Under the pieces are notes generated by a model. The model saw only the letters and a list, made by a program, of their open reading frames with translations. It did no database searches and was not told the origin of the DNA. DNA of 64,000 nt from Cytophagales bacterium (GTDB lineage Bacteria > Bacteroidota > Bacteroidia > Cytophagales > Cyclobacteriaceae): the NCBI GenBank assembly GCA_034440075.1, contig JAWXBL010000005.1, forward strand, positions 34,678 to 98,677. The letters are read 5' to 3'. Both the position numbers and the translations under genes were made by a program. Shown piece after piece: positions 30,629-40,018 of the stretch (the first letter of the stretch is position 1; each line of letters opens with the position of its first letter).

Positions 30629-31909
30629 ATGAGCTATTCCATTACCAAAAGCAAATCTCTTTTCGATCGCGCCCAACAACACATCCCCGGTGGCGTTAAT
30701 TCTCCTGTGCGTGCGTTTAAAAGTGTGGGTGGCACACCGTTGTTCATACAGAAAGCAAAAGGCGCTTATCTCTATGATGAAGATGGAAACCAATACATTG
30801 ACTACATCAACTCCTGGGGTCCGATGATTTTAGGTCATGCCTATCAACCTGTGGTAGATGCTATCATTGCAAAAGCGGCTGACTCTACTTCGTTCGGGGC
30901 ACCAACAGAATTGGAAATTGACATGGCGGAGCTCATCAAGCAGATGGCACCCGCTATTGATTTGGTTCGCATGGTGAACAGCGGAACCGAAGCATGCATG
31001 AGTGCCGTGCGATTGGCACGAGGGTATACCGGAAGAAATAAGATTATCAAGTTTGAGGGTTGTTACCACGGACATGCCGATGCTTTTTTAGTTAAAGCAG
31101 GAAGTGGGGTAGCAACATTAAATATTCAGTCTGTTCCTGGTGTGCAAGCACACGTAGCCGAAGATACCCTGACGGCACCCTATAATGACATGGATTCGGT
31201 CATGAATCTGATTTCGCAGCATCCCAACGAAATTGCCGCTATTATCATTGAGCCAGTGGCCGGAAACATGGGTTGTATCTTACCAGCGGAAGGATACTTA
31301 AAATCACTTCGTGAAGTATGTACACAACAGGGTATCATTTTGATTTTTGACGAAGTTATGACCGGTTTCCGCTTAGCGCGCGGTGGAGCGCAGGAAGTAT
31401 TTGGTATCGAGGCAGACCTTGTCACCTTCGGAAAAATAATTGGAGGTGGTTTACCCGTAGGTGCTTTTGGTGGAAAGAAGGCCATCATGGAAAAAATTGC
31501 ACCCCTTGGTGCTGTTTATCAGGCAGGAACGTTGAGCGGCAATCCCATTGCCATGACCGCTGGCTATACATTGCTAAAGCAATTGAATGATAATCCTTCC
31601 ATCTATGCTAAACTGGACGCTAAAGCAAAATTGCTTTGTGAAGGTATTCATCAGGCGTTGGAAAAGAAGGGAATAGATCATCGCATCAATCAACTCGGCA
31701 GCATGATGAGTGTGCATTTTTGTTCACACGAGGTGAAACATTTTGAGGATGCGAAAGCGTGTGATAATAGTCTCTTCAACAAATTCTTTCATCACATGTT
31801 AACTAAAGGCATATACCTTCCACCATCAGCTTTTGAAAGCTGGTTTATATGTACAGCATTGTCAGATTCCGATATTCAAAAAACGGTGGACGCGGTATTG
31901 GAATTTTGA
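30629..31909 (+). CDS. hemL: Glutamate-1-semialdehyde 2,1-aminomutase
   Basis: [26 protein letters not shown] and GKIIGGG. Confidence 0.97.
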   Translation: MSYSITKSKSLFDRAQQHIPGGVNSPVRAFKSVGGTPLFIQKAKGAYLYDEDGNQYIDYINSWGPMILGHAYQPVVDAIIAKAADSTSFGAPTELEIDMAELIKQMAPAIDLVRMVNSGTEACMSAVRLARGYTGRNKIIKFEGCYHGHADAFLVKAGSGVATLNIQSVPGVQAHVAEDTLTAPYNDMDSVMNLISQHPNEIAAIIIEPVAGNMGCILPAEGYLKSLREVCTQQGIILIFDEVMTGFRLARGGAQEVFGIEADLVTFGKIIGGGLPVGAFGGKKAIMEKIAPLGAVYQAGTLSGNPIAMTAGYTLLKQLNDNPSIYAKLDAKAKLLCEGIHQALEKKGIDHRINQLGSMMSVHFCSHEVKHFEDAKACDNSLFNKFFHHMLTKGIYLPPSAFESWFICTALSDSDIQKTVDAVLEF

Positions 31910-31942
31910 TTGTCATTAAGAAAACTTAAACCGCAAAACAAC

Positions 31943-32977
31943 ATGGCAACAACAGCCGTATTATTGGCAAATCTTGGCTCGCCAGATTCTTATCAGGTTA
32001 AAGATTTGAGAAAGTATTTGAACGAATTTTTGATGGATGAACGCGTAATTGACATCCCTTATTTTTTTCGCGCTTTGTTAGTGAAGGGAATCATCGTTCC
32101 ATTTCGTTCTCCTAAAAGTGCTCATAAATATAAAACTGTTTGGACAGAGAATGGCTCGCCACTCATTCACATTTCAAAACAAGTACAAAAAGCGTTAAAT
32201 CAGAAAATCGATCTTCCTGTAGAGTTAAGCATGCGCTATGGTAATCCTACCCCGGATGTCGCATTCGAAAATCTTTTGAAACAAAATCCTGACTTGAAGG
32301 AAGTCGTGCTAGTTCCGCTATATCCGCATTATGCCATGAGCAGTTATGAGACAGCAATGGTGCAGGTACAAAGCGTTCATGATAAAATGAGGTATTCTTT
32401 TTCATTGCGAGTAGTGCCTCCCTTTTACAATCATTCAAAGTATATTCAAGCGCTGGCCAATAGCATCAAACCGTATCTGGAAAAGCCATTCGATCGATTG
32501 CTATTCAGCTACCATGGTATTCCCGAACGGCATGTACGAAAATCTGATCCTACCAAAGTGCATTGTTTGATGAAGGAAAACTGCTGTACGGTAGCGTCAG
32601 AGGCTCATAGCACTTGCTATCGTCATCAGGTGCTGACGACCACAGAATTGGTTGCCAAGGCGTTGGGCTCACCTCCTGATAAATTTAGTTCTTCATTTCA
32701 ATCGCGCCTCGGTGCAGATGCATGGTTGAAACCTAATAGTGCTGATCACTTTATGCAATTCCCGAAGCAGGGAATCAAGAAATTAGTAGTAGCATGCCCT
32801 GCTTTTGTGAGCGACTGCCTGGAAACATTGGAGGAGATTCAAATGGAAGGCAAGGAAACCTTTATGGAAAATGGTGGAGATGAATATACGGTCATTCCTT
32901 GTTTAAATCAACGAAGTGAATGGATTGAAACACTCGCAGAATTAGTAAGGGAAAATATCAGCAAACCCCAAGCTTAG
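31943..32977 (+). CDS. hemH: Ferrochelatase
   Basis: NLGSP, MRYGNP, LYPHYA, FSYHGIP and DCLETLEE. Confidence 0.95.
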   Translation: MATTAVLLANLGSPDSYQVKDLRKYLNEFLMDERVIDIPYFFRALLVKGIIVPFRSPKSAHKYKTVWTENGSPLIHISKQVQKALNQKIDLPVELSMRYGNPTPDVAFENLLKQNPDLKEVVLVPLYPHYAMSSYETAMVQVQSVHDKMRYSFSLRVVPPFYNHSKYIQALANSIKPYLEKPFDRLLFSYHGIPERHVRKSDPTKVHCLMKENCCTVASEAHSTCYRHQVLTTTELVAKALGSPPDKFSSSFQSRLGADAWLKPNSADHFMQFPKQGIKKLVVACPAFVSDCLETLEEIQMEGKETFMENGGDEYTVIPCLNQRSEWIETLAELVRENISKPQA

Positions 32978-32988
32978 ATTACCTAGCT

Positions 32989-33519
32989 ATGTATTTATAT
33001 GTAAAAGCACTGCACATCATTTTTGTTGTCACCTGGTTTGCAGGACTTTTCTACATGGTGCGTCTCTTTATTTATAATCGCGAAGCCCAAGATAAACCAG
33101 AGAAGGAAAGAATAATCCTTCAGCAACAATTTTCGGTTATGATAATGCGATTGTGGTTTGGTATCACCTGGCCATCGTGCATCCTAACAATTATTTTCGG
33201 AATTTGGATGCTGATTCTTTATGGTAGCATACCTACGTGGTTGTGGATCAAAATTGGCTTTGTTGCCGGTTTGGTGGCCTACCACTTTTCCCTACACATT
33301 ATCTATCTGCAACATTCCAATCAAGTCTTTCGATATTCCTCCACTCAACTGCGCATTTGGAATGAGGTGGCCACCGTCTTTTTGTTTGCCATTGTCATGC
33401 TGGTGGTAGTGAAAGATGCCCTTAGTCTGGTGTGGTCTATTGGCGGGTTAGTGTCGTTTGCCGTGGTGCTATTGATCGTCGTCCAGTGGTATAAAAAAAT
33501 CACAAAGGGGTATAAATAA
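32989..33519 (+). CDS. hemJ: Protoporphyrinogen oxidase HemJ
   Basis: KALHIIFVVTWFAGLFYMVRLF and RIWNEVAT. Confidence 0.92.
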   Translation: MYLYVKALHIIFVVTWFAGLFYMVRLFIYNREAQDKPEKERIILQQQFSVMIMRLWFGITWPSCILTIIFGIWMLILYGSIPTWLWIKIGFVAGLVAYHFSLHIIYLQHSNQVFRYSSTQLRIWNEVATVFLFAIVMLVVVKDALSLVWSIGGLVSFAVVLLIVVQWYKKITKGYK

Positions 33520-33526
33520 GTTATTC

Positions 33527-33549
33527 TTATTTAGAATAAGTCTAAACAA
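33527..33549. promoter_or_regulatory. Putative Fur-type operator upstream of the TonB receptor
   Basis: Palindrome TTATTTAGA-ATAAG-TCTAAACAA (8/9). A weaker second copy lies near 33567-33589. Confidence 0.55.
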
Positions 33550-33554
33550 GGCTT

Positions 33555-33562
33555 TACATTTG
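33555..33562 (+). promoter_or_regulatory. Bacteroidota -7 promoter element
   Basis: TACATTTG matches TAnnTTTG. Confidence 0.6.
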
Positions 33563-33592
33563 AGCCTTGTTTAAATTAATTCTAATAATTTT

Positions 33593-35857
33593 ATCATCCG
33601 TACCCGACATATCCCCCTTTTTCTTGCTTTAATGGGCTCAAGCATTGTTTTGAAAGCTCAGTCAACTTTTACAACAAATGGCACCGAAACCGATACGGTA
33701 GTCACCAAGGTACTTTCCGAAATCACTATTGTTGGCCGTGGTAGCAAGTCCGACATCCATCAACTTCCTCAAATTGTGGGTACAAATATTTATGCTACTA
33801 AGAAAAGTGCATTAATTATGATGGACAACGTGCGCGGTAATGTTGTCAGCAACACCATGCGTCAAGTAATGGCAAAAGTTCCGGGCATTTTTGTATGGGA
33901 AAGTGAAGGCAGCGGAATTCAGATTGGAATTGCCGCACGGGGGTTAAGTCCGAATCGATCCTGGGAATTTAATGTTAGGCAAAATGGATATGACATTGCA
34001 GCTGATCCTTACGGCTATCCCGAAGCCTATTACAATCCTCAACTCCAATCTGTGCAGCGAATAGAAATTGTGCGCGGTCACGGAGCATTGCAATACGGCC
34101 CTCAGATTGGGGGGATGGTGAATTATATTTTAAAAAATGGCAGTGAGTTTTCGAAGCCATTTCAATTCGAAATATTTCAGACGGGTGGCAGCAATGGACT
34201 TTTTAATTCATATAATGCCGTAGGTGGTAAGACGAAGAACATGAATTACTATGCCTTCTTTGACCATCGCAGTGGCGATGGATGGCGTGATAATAATTCA
34301 TTTCGCAGCAACTCTGCATCAGCCACGTTAACCTATAAAATTTCCGATCGACTAGTCCTCACAACAGAAGTTACCCGCTGGGAAACCGTGAGCCAGCAGC
34401 CCGGAGGATTAACCGATGTACAATTCGAGCAAGATGCCAGGCAAAGTTTCCGCAGTCGCAACTGGTTTAATTTAACGTGGTTGACCTCCGCAATGACGGC
34501 TGCTTATACCATCAGTGATCAGCAGCGATTGAATGTAAAAGTGTTTGGCATTCGTGCCGATCGCAATAGCGTTGGCTTCAATCCTGCCGGTGGCATTTTA
34601 GTGTTGGATAATGTGAATGCGGCTGGTGAGTATAATTTCCGCACGGTGGATGTTGATCAGTATCGTAATTATGGAATGGAGGCGCGCTATTTATTGAGTT
34701 ATCCGTTGGGTAATCAGCGGAGTAATCTGAGTGCAGGGGTGCGATTGTATCGTGGTAATACCGACCGCTTCCGCGGAGGTGTTGGCTCGCGTGATACAGA
34801 ATACTCTATTGTTCGCGAAGCAGGAACCACCTGGACAGGAGACATTGATTATAAAAGTGGTAATGCTGCGGTGTTTGCAGAAAACCTTTTTCAAGTGACC
34901 GACAAGTTGATGATCGTTCCCGGAGTGCGGTATGAATATTTAACCGCAGAGGCCGGTGGATATAGCAGCATTGTGAATGGCAACCCGGTTTATTTACAGA
35001 ATCAATCGCGCAGCAGAAGCTTTATGATTGGAGGTTTGGGTTTAGAATATGCGCTCACAAGTTCTACTTCGCTCTATGCGAATGCTACTCAATCCTATCG
35101 CCCGGTTCAATTTGCAGACCTCACCACTCCACCTACTACCGATGTGATCGATCCGAATCTTACCGATGCCAAAGGCGTGAATGTGGATGTTGGATATCGC
35201 GGCAGCGTGAAAGATTTTTTAAAATTTGATGTCAGTGGCTTCTTGTTGGATTATAGCAGTCGTGTGGGCACTATCCGTCAGCAGCGGCAAGACGGATCAT
35301 TTTATAATCTCCGCACCAATGTAGGCAGCAGTCGCTCACAAGGAGTAGAGCTTTTTATTGAGTATAATCTTTCGAAGTCAATATTAATGGATAAACGATT
35401 TGGAGAACTGGAGCTTTTTACTTCGTATGCTTATAACGATGCGCGTTATAATAATTTGAAAGTAGTTACGGTGGTGAACAATGCCTTGCAAGAGACTAAC
35501 TACAAGGATAAGAAAGTGGAGTACGCACCGGAGAATATTTTCCGGGCGGGGGTAACCTATTCGTTAAAGAATTTTTCAGCTACGCTTCAACAGAGTTATA
35601 CCGATGAAGTATATGCCGATGCCAACAATACCACATCTGCCACCGTCAACGGCCAAAATGGATTGATACCCTCTTATAAGATCTATGATTTCACGTTAGG
35701 ATATAAAACTAAAAAGGGATTTAGTCTGAAGGCAGGCATTAATAATCTTTCGGATGAAAAATATTTTACGCGAAGAGCGGGTGGCTATCCTGGCCCAGGT
35801 ATTCTTCCGGGTGATGGAAGAACACTCTTCCTGACGGTGGGTTATATTCTCCCATAA
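33593..35857 (+). CDS. TonB-dependent receptor (FecA-like iron uptake)
   Basis: Plug motifs (VPGIFV, RGLSP, IEIVRGHGALQYGP), C-terminal NLSDEKY and a terminal aromatic strand. First ATG is at 33632, but the signal peptide extends upstream to ATC 33593. Confidence 0.88.
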   Translation: MIRTRHIPLFLALMGSSIVLKAQSTFTTNGTETDTVVTKVLSEITIVGRGSKSDIHQLPQIVGTNIYATKKSALIMMDNVRGNVVSNTMRQVMAKVPGIFVWESEGSGIQIGIAARGLSPNRSWEFNVRQNGYDIAADPYGYPEAYYNPQLQSVQRIEIVRGHGALQYGPQIGGMVNYILKNGSEFSKPFQFEIFQTGGSNGLFNSYNAVGGKTKNMNYYAFFDHRSGDGWRDNNSFRSNSASATLTYKISDRLVLTTEVTRWETVSQQPGGLTDVQFEQDARQSFRSRNWFNLTWLTSAMTAAYTISDQQRLNVKVFGIRADRNSVGFNPAGGILVLDNVNAAGEYNFRTVDVDQYRNYGMEARYLLSYPLGNQRSNLSAGVRLYRGNTDRFRGGVGSRDTEYSIVREAGTTWTGDIDYKSGNAAVFAENLFQVTDKLMIVPGVRYEYLTAEAGGYSSIVNGNPVYLQNQSRSRSFMIGGLGLEYALTSSTSLYANATQSYRPVQFADLTTPPTTDVIDPNLTDAKGVNVDVGYRGSVKDFLKFDVSGFLLDYSSRVGTIRQQRQDGSFYNLRTNVGSSRSQGVELFIEYNLSKSILMDKRFGELELFTSYAYNDARYNNLKVVTVVNNALQETNYKDKKVEYAPENIFRAGVTYSLKNFSATLQQSYTDEVYADANNTTSATVNGQNGLIPSYKIYDFTLGYKTKKGFSLKAGINNLSDEKYFTRRAGGYPGPGILPGDGRTLFLTVGYILP

Positions 35858-35879
35858 GGCAAAAAAAGGCCAGCTCATT

Positions 35880-35969
35880 TCAGAGTCGGCCGGCTTTCAA
35901 CTTATTCATAATCCTCTTTCCGGTCTTGGCTTCAATCTGCTTTCTCGCATTTCCCGCAATCGTTCCGTC
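35880..35969 (-). pseudogene. C-terminal fragment resembling BRO-family proteins
   Basis: GTIAGNARKQIEAKTGK resembles the C-terminal motif I recall from Bro-N domain proteins. The upstream sequence is unrelated. Confidence 0.4.
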
Positions 35970-36151
35970 AAGGCAGGGTGGGATTTGGCTCTTGCCATAG
36001 CTTTCGTGTTGCGGTGGGTTTGCGCGGCAATGGCATGTGGCAAAAGCGAGGGCGAGACATGCATGTGTGGCCAGGCAATGTGTGTGCGCCTTAGGTGCTG
36101 TCATTTCACAAGGTCTTACAACAATTTCGGTCTCTTATAAGAAACTTATTT

Positions 36152-36860
36152 CTAAGTTCAAGTAATAAGTGCAACGCAAAAGGTTAAAGGAAAGGAGGTT
36201 TCCCCCCTTTCAATTGACCAAGGTTTTGAAAACTTTGTGTTGCTTATGACGACAAACTATTCTCACCTTAGCCAAGAGCAAAGGTATCAAATTGAAGCCT
36301 TATTAAGGACAGGTAAGACCCAAGTTCAAATAGCTTCTTTAGTAGGCTGCCACAAGTCAACGGTGAGTCGAGAGTTGAGACGAAATGTTCCTCAACGGGG
36401 AATAGGAGCAAAGGAATACAAAGCTGTTAAGGCTCAATTAAAGACCTAGCTACGCCATCACCTCAAGGCCAAACATGAAAGGTTCACCCAGGATATGCGG
36501 AAGCAAATTGTTGAGTGGCTTACCGTGGAGAAGCTCAGTCCTGAGTTGATCTCTGTATTGGGGCGAGCACAAGACAATGATTTTGTCAGTCATGAAACCA
36601 TTTACACCTGGATATGGAGTATGAAGCATTCCCATCGAAAAGAAAATCGACCTTTTCAAGACCTGTATCAAGAACTCAGGCATGGAAGAAGACGCAGAAA
36701 ACGAGGCAATCGTCGCGATAATAGGGGTTGTATCCCCAACCGAATCTCTATTGAGAACCGACCGGCACTCGTTGAAAAGCGAGACCGTTTGGGGGACGTT
36801 GAAGTAAATTTAATGCTGGGTAAAAACCACCAGCCAGGATTACTGGTCATTATCGAGCCT
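36152..36860 (+). mobile_element. Decayed IS30-family element (left IR plus truncated transposase)
   Basis: HTH YSHLSQEQRYQIEAL...HKSTVSRELRRN, in-frame TAG at 36447-36449, VSHETIYTWI and ISIENRP. The first DDE Asp position reads N (GDVEVNL) and similarity ends near 36860. Candidate IR ctaagttcaagtaataagtgcaac at 36152-36175. Confidence 0.88.
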
Positions 36861-36871
36861 GTGCTATTAAA

Positions 36872-37708
36872 CTATTTCTTTGGGCTCCATTTCCCCATTA
36901 AGAATTCGGTCGAATGTTTTAAAAAGTCTGAATAGTTATTAGGGTCTAAATGTGGAACATGTCCGCCATTTGGAAAAATCCAGAGTCTGCTATTCGGTAT
37001 ATATTTTTTCATTTCTATTGCTTGGTCTAATGGAATAAAGTCATTGTCCCCCTGAACGATAAGCCACTGTGCTTTAATTGAATTCAACATGTCAGGCGAA
37101 AATGAAGGATCACCGTAGAAATTTCTAAAACGCCAAAACTGTCTTGCCTGTAACATCGCTTTCTCTTGGCCATGAATTTTAGATTGCTTGGATATGATAT
37201 CAGTCTTGGCACTGTCAGGTCCGTCTGAAGTAATCCAATCTCTCACCCGTTGGTCATAATAGATTTGCGCTCCAATTGTTATTACATTTTTAAATTTGTC
37301 AGGTTGCATGAAATTGGCGTAGAAAAGCGTAATTCCTCCGGAACTTGCCCCCATTGCATTCACTTGATTAATTTTTAAATAGTCCAGTAACGCAAGAATT
37401 ATTTTCGCATAGTCACTGTGTCTAAATTCCACGTCTCCCTTTTTATAGATGTCTGAACGTCCGTGGCCAATCATGTCAACGGAGATTACTCTAAATATTT
37501 TTGAGTAATCCTCAAAGTATGCTTTCCATTGGTCAGCTGTCCCATTGAATGTATGTAAAAGTAAGAGAGGCTCTCCTTGTCCAATGTCCTCATAATATAT
37601 TTTTGTTCCATTGTAATTAAAAAACTTTCCGGTTGAGGAAATTGGCAATTGTCCATTTGACCCAAAATAAATTAGGTAGAGTAGGACGAAGGTTATTATT
37701 TTTTTCAT
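36872..37708 (-). CDS. Secreted alpha/beta hydrolase; cassette-like
   Basis: LLLLHTF, DMIGHGRS, GASSGG, QGDND and GGHVPH; AT-rich. Confidence 0.85.
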   Translation of the reverse strand: MKKIITFVLLYLIYFGSNGQLPISSTGKFFNYNGTKIYYEDIGQGEPLLLLHTFNGTADQWKAYFEDYSKIFRVISVDMIGHGRSDIYKKGDVEFRHSDYAKIILALLDYLKINQVNAMGASSGGITLFYANFMQPDKFKNVITIGAQIYYDQRVRDWITSDGPDSAKTDIISKQSKIHGQEKAMLQARQFWRFRNFYGDPSFSPDMLNSIKAQWLIVQGDNDFIPLDQAIEMKKYIPNSRLWIFPNGGHVPHLDPNNYSDFLKHSTEFLMGKWSPKK

Positions 37709-37736
37709 ATCATTTAGGTTGGTTGTCGGTGGCATT

Positions 37737-37745
37737 GGCGCTAAC
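37737..37745 (-). repeat. Isolated R'-like core site (GTTAGCGCC) at the cassette start
   Basis: ggcgctaac on the + strand, 29 nt upstream of the ATG. Confidence 0.55.
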
Positions 37746-37886
37746 AAGCATTTCGACCTGACTCGTGATCCTTGATTGCCTTGACAATCTGGGTCTCTAT
37801 GAATTTTGTCTTTCTCATTGTTTATCCATTTAAAGTTGATAAATTTATTCCAACTATTAAATGGCCGAACTTCAGGGGAGCTTACA
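37746..37886 (-). mobile_element. IS3-family remnant (terminal IR plus OrfA N-terminus)
   Basis: Minus strand TGTAAGCTCCCCTGAAGTTCGGCC, then ATG at 37818 encoding MRKTKFIETQIVKAIKDHESGRN, cut at the GTT core site. Confidence 0.7.
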
Positions 37887-37903
37887 GCAGCTTCTTCACT
37901 CTT

Positions 37904-38290
37904 TTAACCCCTTGCTGAGCCGTCCGACTGCATGGCACAAACAAGATTACCTTCCGTATCCAAAAACTTTGTGATCCAGCCAACATATGGGATTGCAGTC
38001 TTCGGCATAAGTATTTGGCCGCCGTTGTTTTGGACTTTCTTAATTATGTCGTCAACGCTTTCAACTGTCACGGTGCATTCTAATCCTATTAACCTTTCTT
38101 TCACTGGAGAGTATGTCCTTGCTTGTAAAGCGCCGATTAGCTCTCCGTTTTCGGTTTGGTCAGCCTTTATTTGTAAAAAGTCAGTTGGTCCGTAGGATGT
38201 AAAGCCCCAATCAAATACTTGTCCGTAAAACTTCTTTGCCCTTTCAATATTGTCAATGTGAATTGCAAAGTGGGTCATTTTATTTTTCAT
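37904..38290 (-). CDS. VOC/glyoxalase family protein; cassette-like
   Basis: HFAIHIDNIERAKKFYGQVFDW, GGQILMPKTAIPYVG and DTEGN. Confidence 0.9.
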   Translation of the reverse strand: MKNKMTHFAIHIDNIERAKKFYGQVFDWGFTSYGPTDFLQIKADQTENGELIGALQARTYSPVKERLIGLECTVTVESVDDIIKKVQNNGGQILMPKTAIPYVGWITKFLDTEGNLVCAMQSDGSARG

Positions 38291-38344
38291 ATTGTCAGTT
38301 TTATTATTCAGACCGAAGCTGTCCGACGGTTTTGGCCACATTAC

Positions 38345-38514
38345 CCCCAACGTCGGTATAAATGTCCGTGGTGGGGGGAGAGGGAGGGCTTTCTAAATCT
38401 GCCAGCTGGCAAGACCGACTACTCTGCAAGTTCCACGAACAATTTCCGCAACCGAAGATAACTATTTATTTTGAGTGCGATCCCCACCATGATCCATAAT
38501 ACGTTGTTGTGTGC
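38345..38514 (-). repeat. attC-like long repeat, copy 2 (170 bp)
   Basis: ccccaac...gttgtgtgc, internal ggtgggg/ccccacc stem and the shared core. Confidence 0.82.
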
Positions 38515-38606
38515 TGTTGGCTTGTTGTTCAAAATACTAACCACCTTATCATGTAAAGGCTTGATTTTTAATTGCTAAGTGCTAGTTTTCCCTGTGGAAT
38601 TATACC

Positions 38607-39227
38607 TTAAGAATAACTTTCACTTGCATCAGCACGATCCATAAAGGTTAGGTCAATGCTAACCACGGCTGATACGAGTAACCAGAGAGTCGCTAAATCA
38701 GTATTCATGTCAACTGTTGTTGTCAGGAGATAGATCGAGCGCAAGGAGCCACTTCTAGTGACAATCTCTTTCTGTTTCTTTCTAGTCTCCTCTGAATCTC
38801 TAAGTACCTTTGCAAACACCTTATCAGCTTCATTCTTGAATTTGTAGTTAAATGTTCCCGACTCAATGATTATTTTTAAGATTAGTTTGTCATTGTCAGT
38901 CTTGAGATTGTATTTGTCTCCATCCACTCCAAGTAAATTTCTATGTAGAATACCTATGACATTGGCGTTTGCGTCCATAATATTTGTTCTAGATGCAAAC
39001 CAGGTAAATCCCTTACGGATTGTAAACAACTTAGTCCCAGCTTTTGAGATAAAGTCAAAAGAAAAGGAAGTTCCAGAAATATCTAAAAATCTGAATATCT
39101 TTTGACTAATCGTTGAGTTTTTTTCAACAGCGGTCATTATCACATCGTTTGAATCTCCATCCAGAATCTCAAACTCTCTATGAAATTTAAGCAAGTTTAA
39201 TTTTCTCGTAATTACATATGACCCCAT
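38607..39227 (-). CDS. LURP-one/scramblase-like protein; cassette-like
   Basis: LKFHREFEILD, LFTIRKGFTWFASR and LLVSAVVSID resemble the tubby C-like LURP1 fold. Confidence 0.6.
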   Translation of the reverse strand: MGSYVITRKLNLLKFHREFEILDGDSNDVIMTAVEKNSTISQKIFRFLDISGTSFSFDFISKAGTKLFTIRKGFTWFASRTNIMDANANVIGILHRNLLGVDGDKYNLKTDNDKLILKIIIESGTFNYKFKNEADKVFAKVLRDSEETRKKQKEIVTRSGSLRSIYLLTTTVDMNTDLATLWLLVSAVVSIDLTFMDRADASESYS

Positions 39228-39322
39228 ATTGTGTATCCGTTACAAATGAGTGATTTTCGAAAACTGTACAGTGCACATTGATGCTGTTCACTAGTTGATC
39301 AGGTCAATTAAAATCTCACTGG

Positions 39323-39331
39323 GCACTCAAC
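39323..39331 (-). repeat. Isolated R'-like core site (GTTGAGTGC)
   Basis: gcactcaac on +, 7 nt from the P460 stop. 8/9 match to the cassette's own end site GCACACAAC (38506-38514, minus strand). Confidence 0.5.
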
Positions 39332-39338
39332 CGGGTCT

Positions 39339-39845
39339 TCAGTGCAGATCAAACGTGCGCACCAGGTCGCGGTTGGGGGAGGTGCTGTGGCAGCTCACGC
39401 ATCCCGAGCCCTTCGACTTGACCGAAACCACCACCCCGCCGGATGGATTGTATTCTGCCCAAAGCCAGCCGCTCCCCGCATTGGAATTTGCCGGGTCTTT
39501 TTTCATGACCGCATACAGCGTAATCCCCGATCCGCCTTGTATGTCTTTTACCAGGACGGACCCCGTGGGGAACGAATTTCCGGGTGGAAGTTCACCCGTG
39601 CCGTCAAGCACAGCCGCTGCCGTGGCATTGAAACGAAGTTTGAAATTACCATGAGGACCCATGCCCGTCAGCGTGTTGCCGCCCTGGTAAAACGTGTAGC
39701 CCGACGCCGTCGTTTCTGCAAACAGCGCGGCATCCGGATCCGGCGCGGACGACATGCTGGTCTCCCTGGAACATGAGTAGATCAGAATGACCAGCGCGCC
39801 GATGGCGCTCAGCCTGCCTATTTCTCTTGCCGCATCGATCTTCAT
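39339..39845 (-). CDS. Cytochrome P460 family lipoprotein
   Basis: Lipobox (IYSC), FPTGSVLVKD, AVMKK, GWLWAEY and the C-terminal heme motif CVSCH. Confidence 0.8.
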   Translation of the reverse strand: MKIDAAREIGRLSAIGALVILIYSCSRETSMSSAPDPDAALFAETTASGYTFYQGGNTLTGMGPHGNFKLRFNATAAAVLDGTGELPPGNSFPTGSVLVKDIQGGSGITLYAVMKKDPANSNAGSGWLWAEYNPSGGVVVSVKSKGSGCVSCHSTSPNRDLVRTFDLH

Positions 39846-40018
39846 AAGAAACGTTTACTCAATGATAATCAAAAAATGCCAATGCAGCAGCAAGGCACGA
39901 CAACATCAACTTCAATCAGTGTTGGTTGTTGTGGTTCATTAGTCAACGAGTCCAGCATTTTTGGCCGTCTCTTTGAACTCAACTCCTAATTTGTCCAACT
40001 CTTCGGAGTCGAGGCATT

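Noticed and set aside
35970-36104. 74-aa minus ORF as an intact gene
   Set aside because: The N-terminal half is Cys/His/Ala-rich and motif-free; only the last ~30 codons resemble a known fragment.
39896-39934. Short imperfect inverted repeat (cacgacaacatcaac / gttggttgttgtgg) upstream of P460 as an attC
   Set aside because: Only about 40 bp, low-complexity CAA/GTT content, and P460 has no matching end site.
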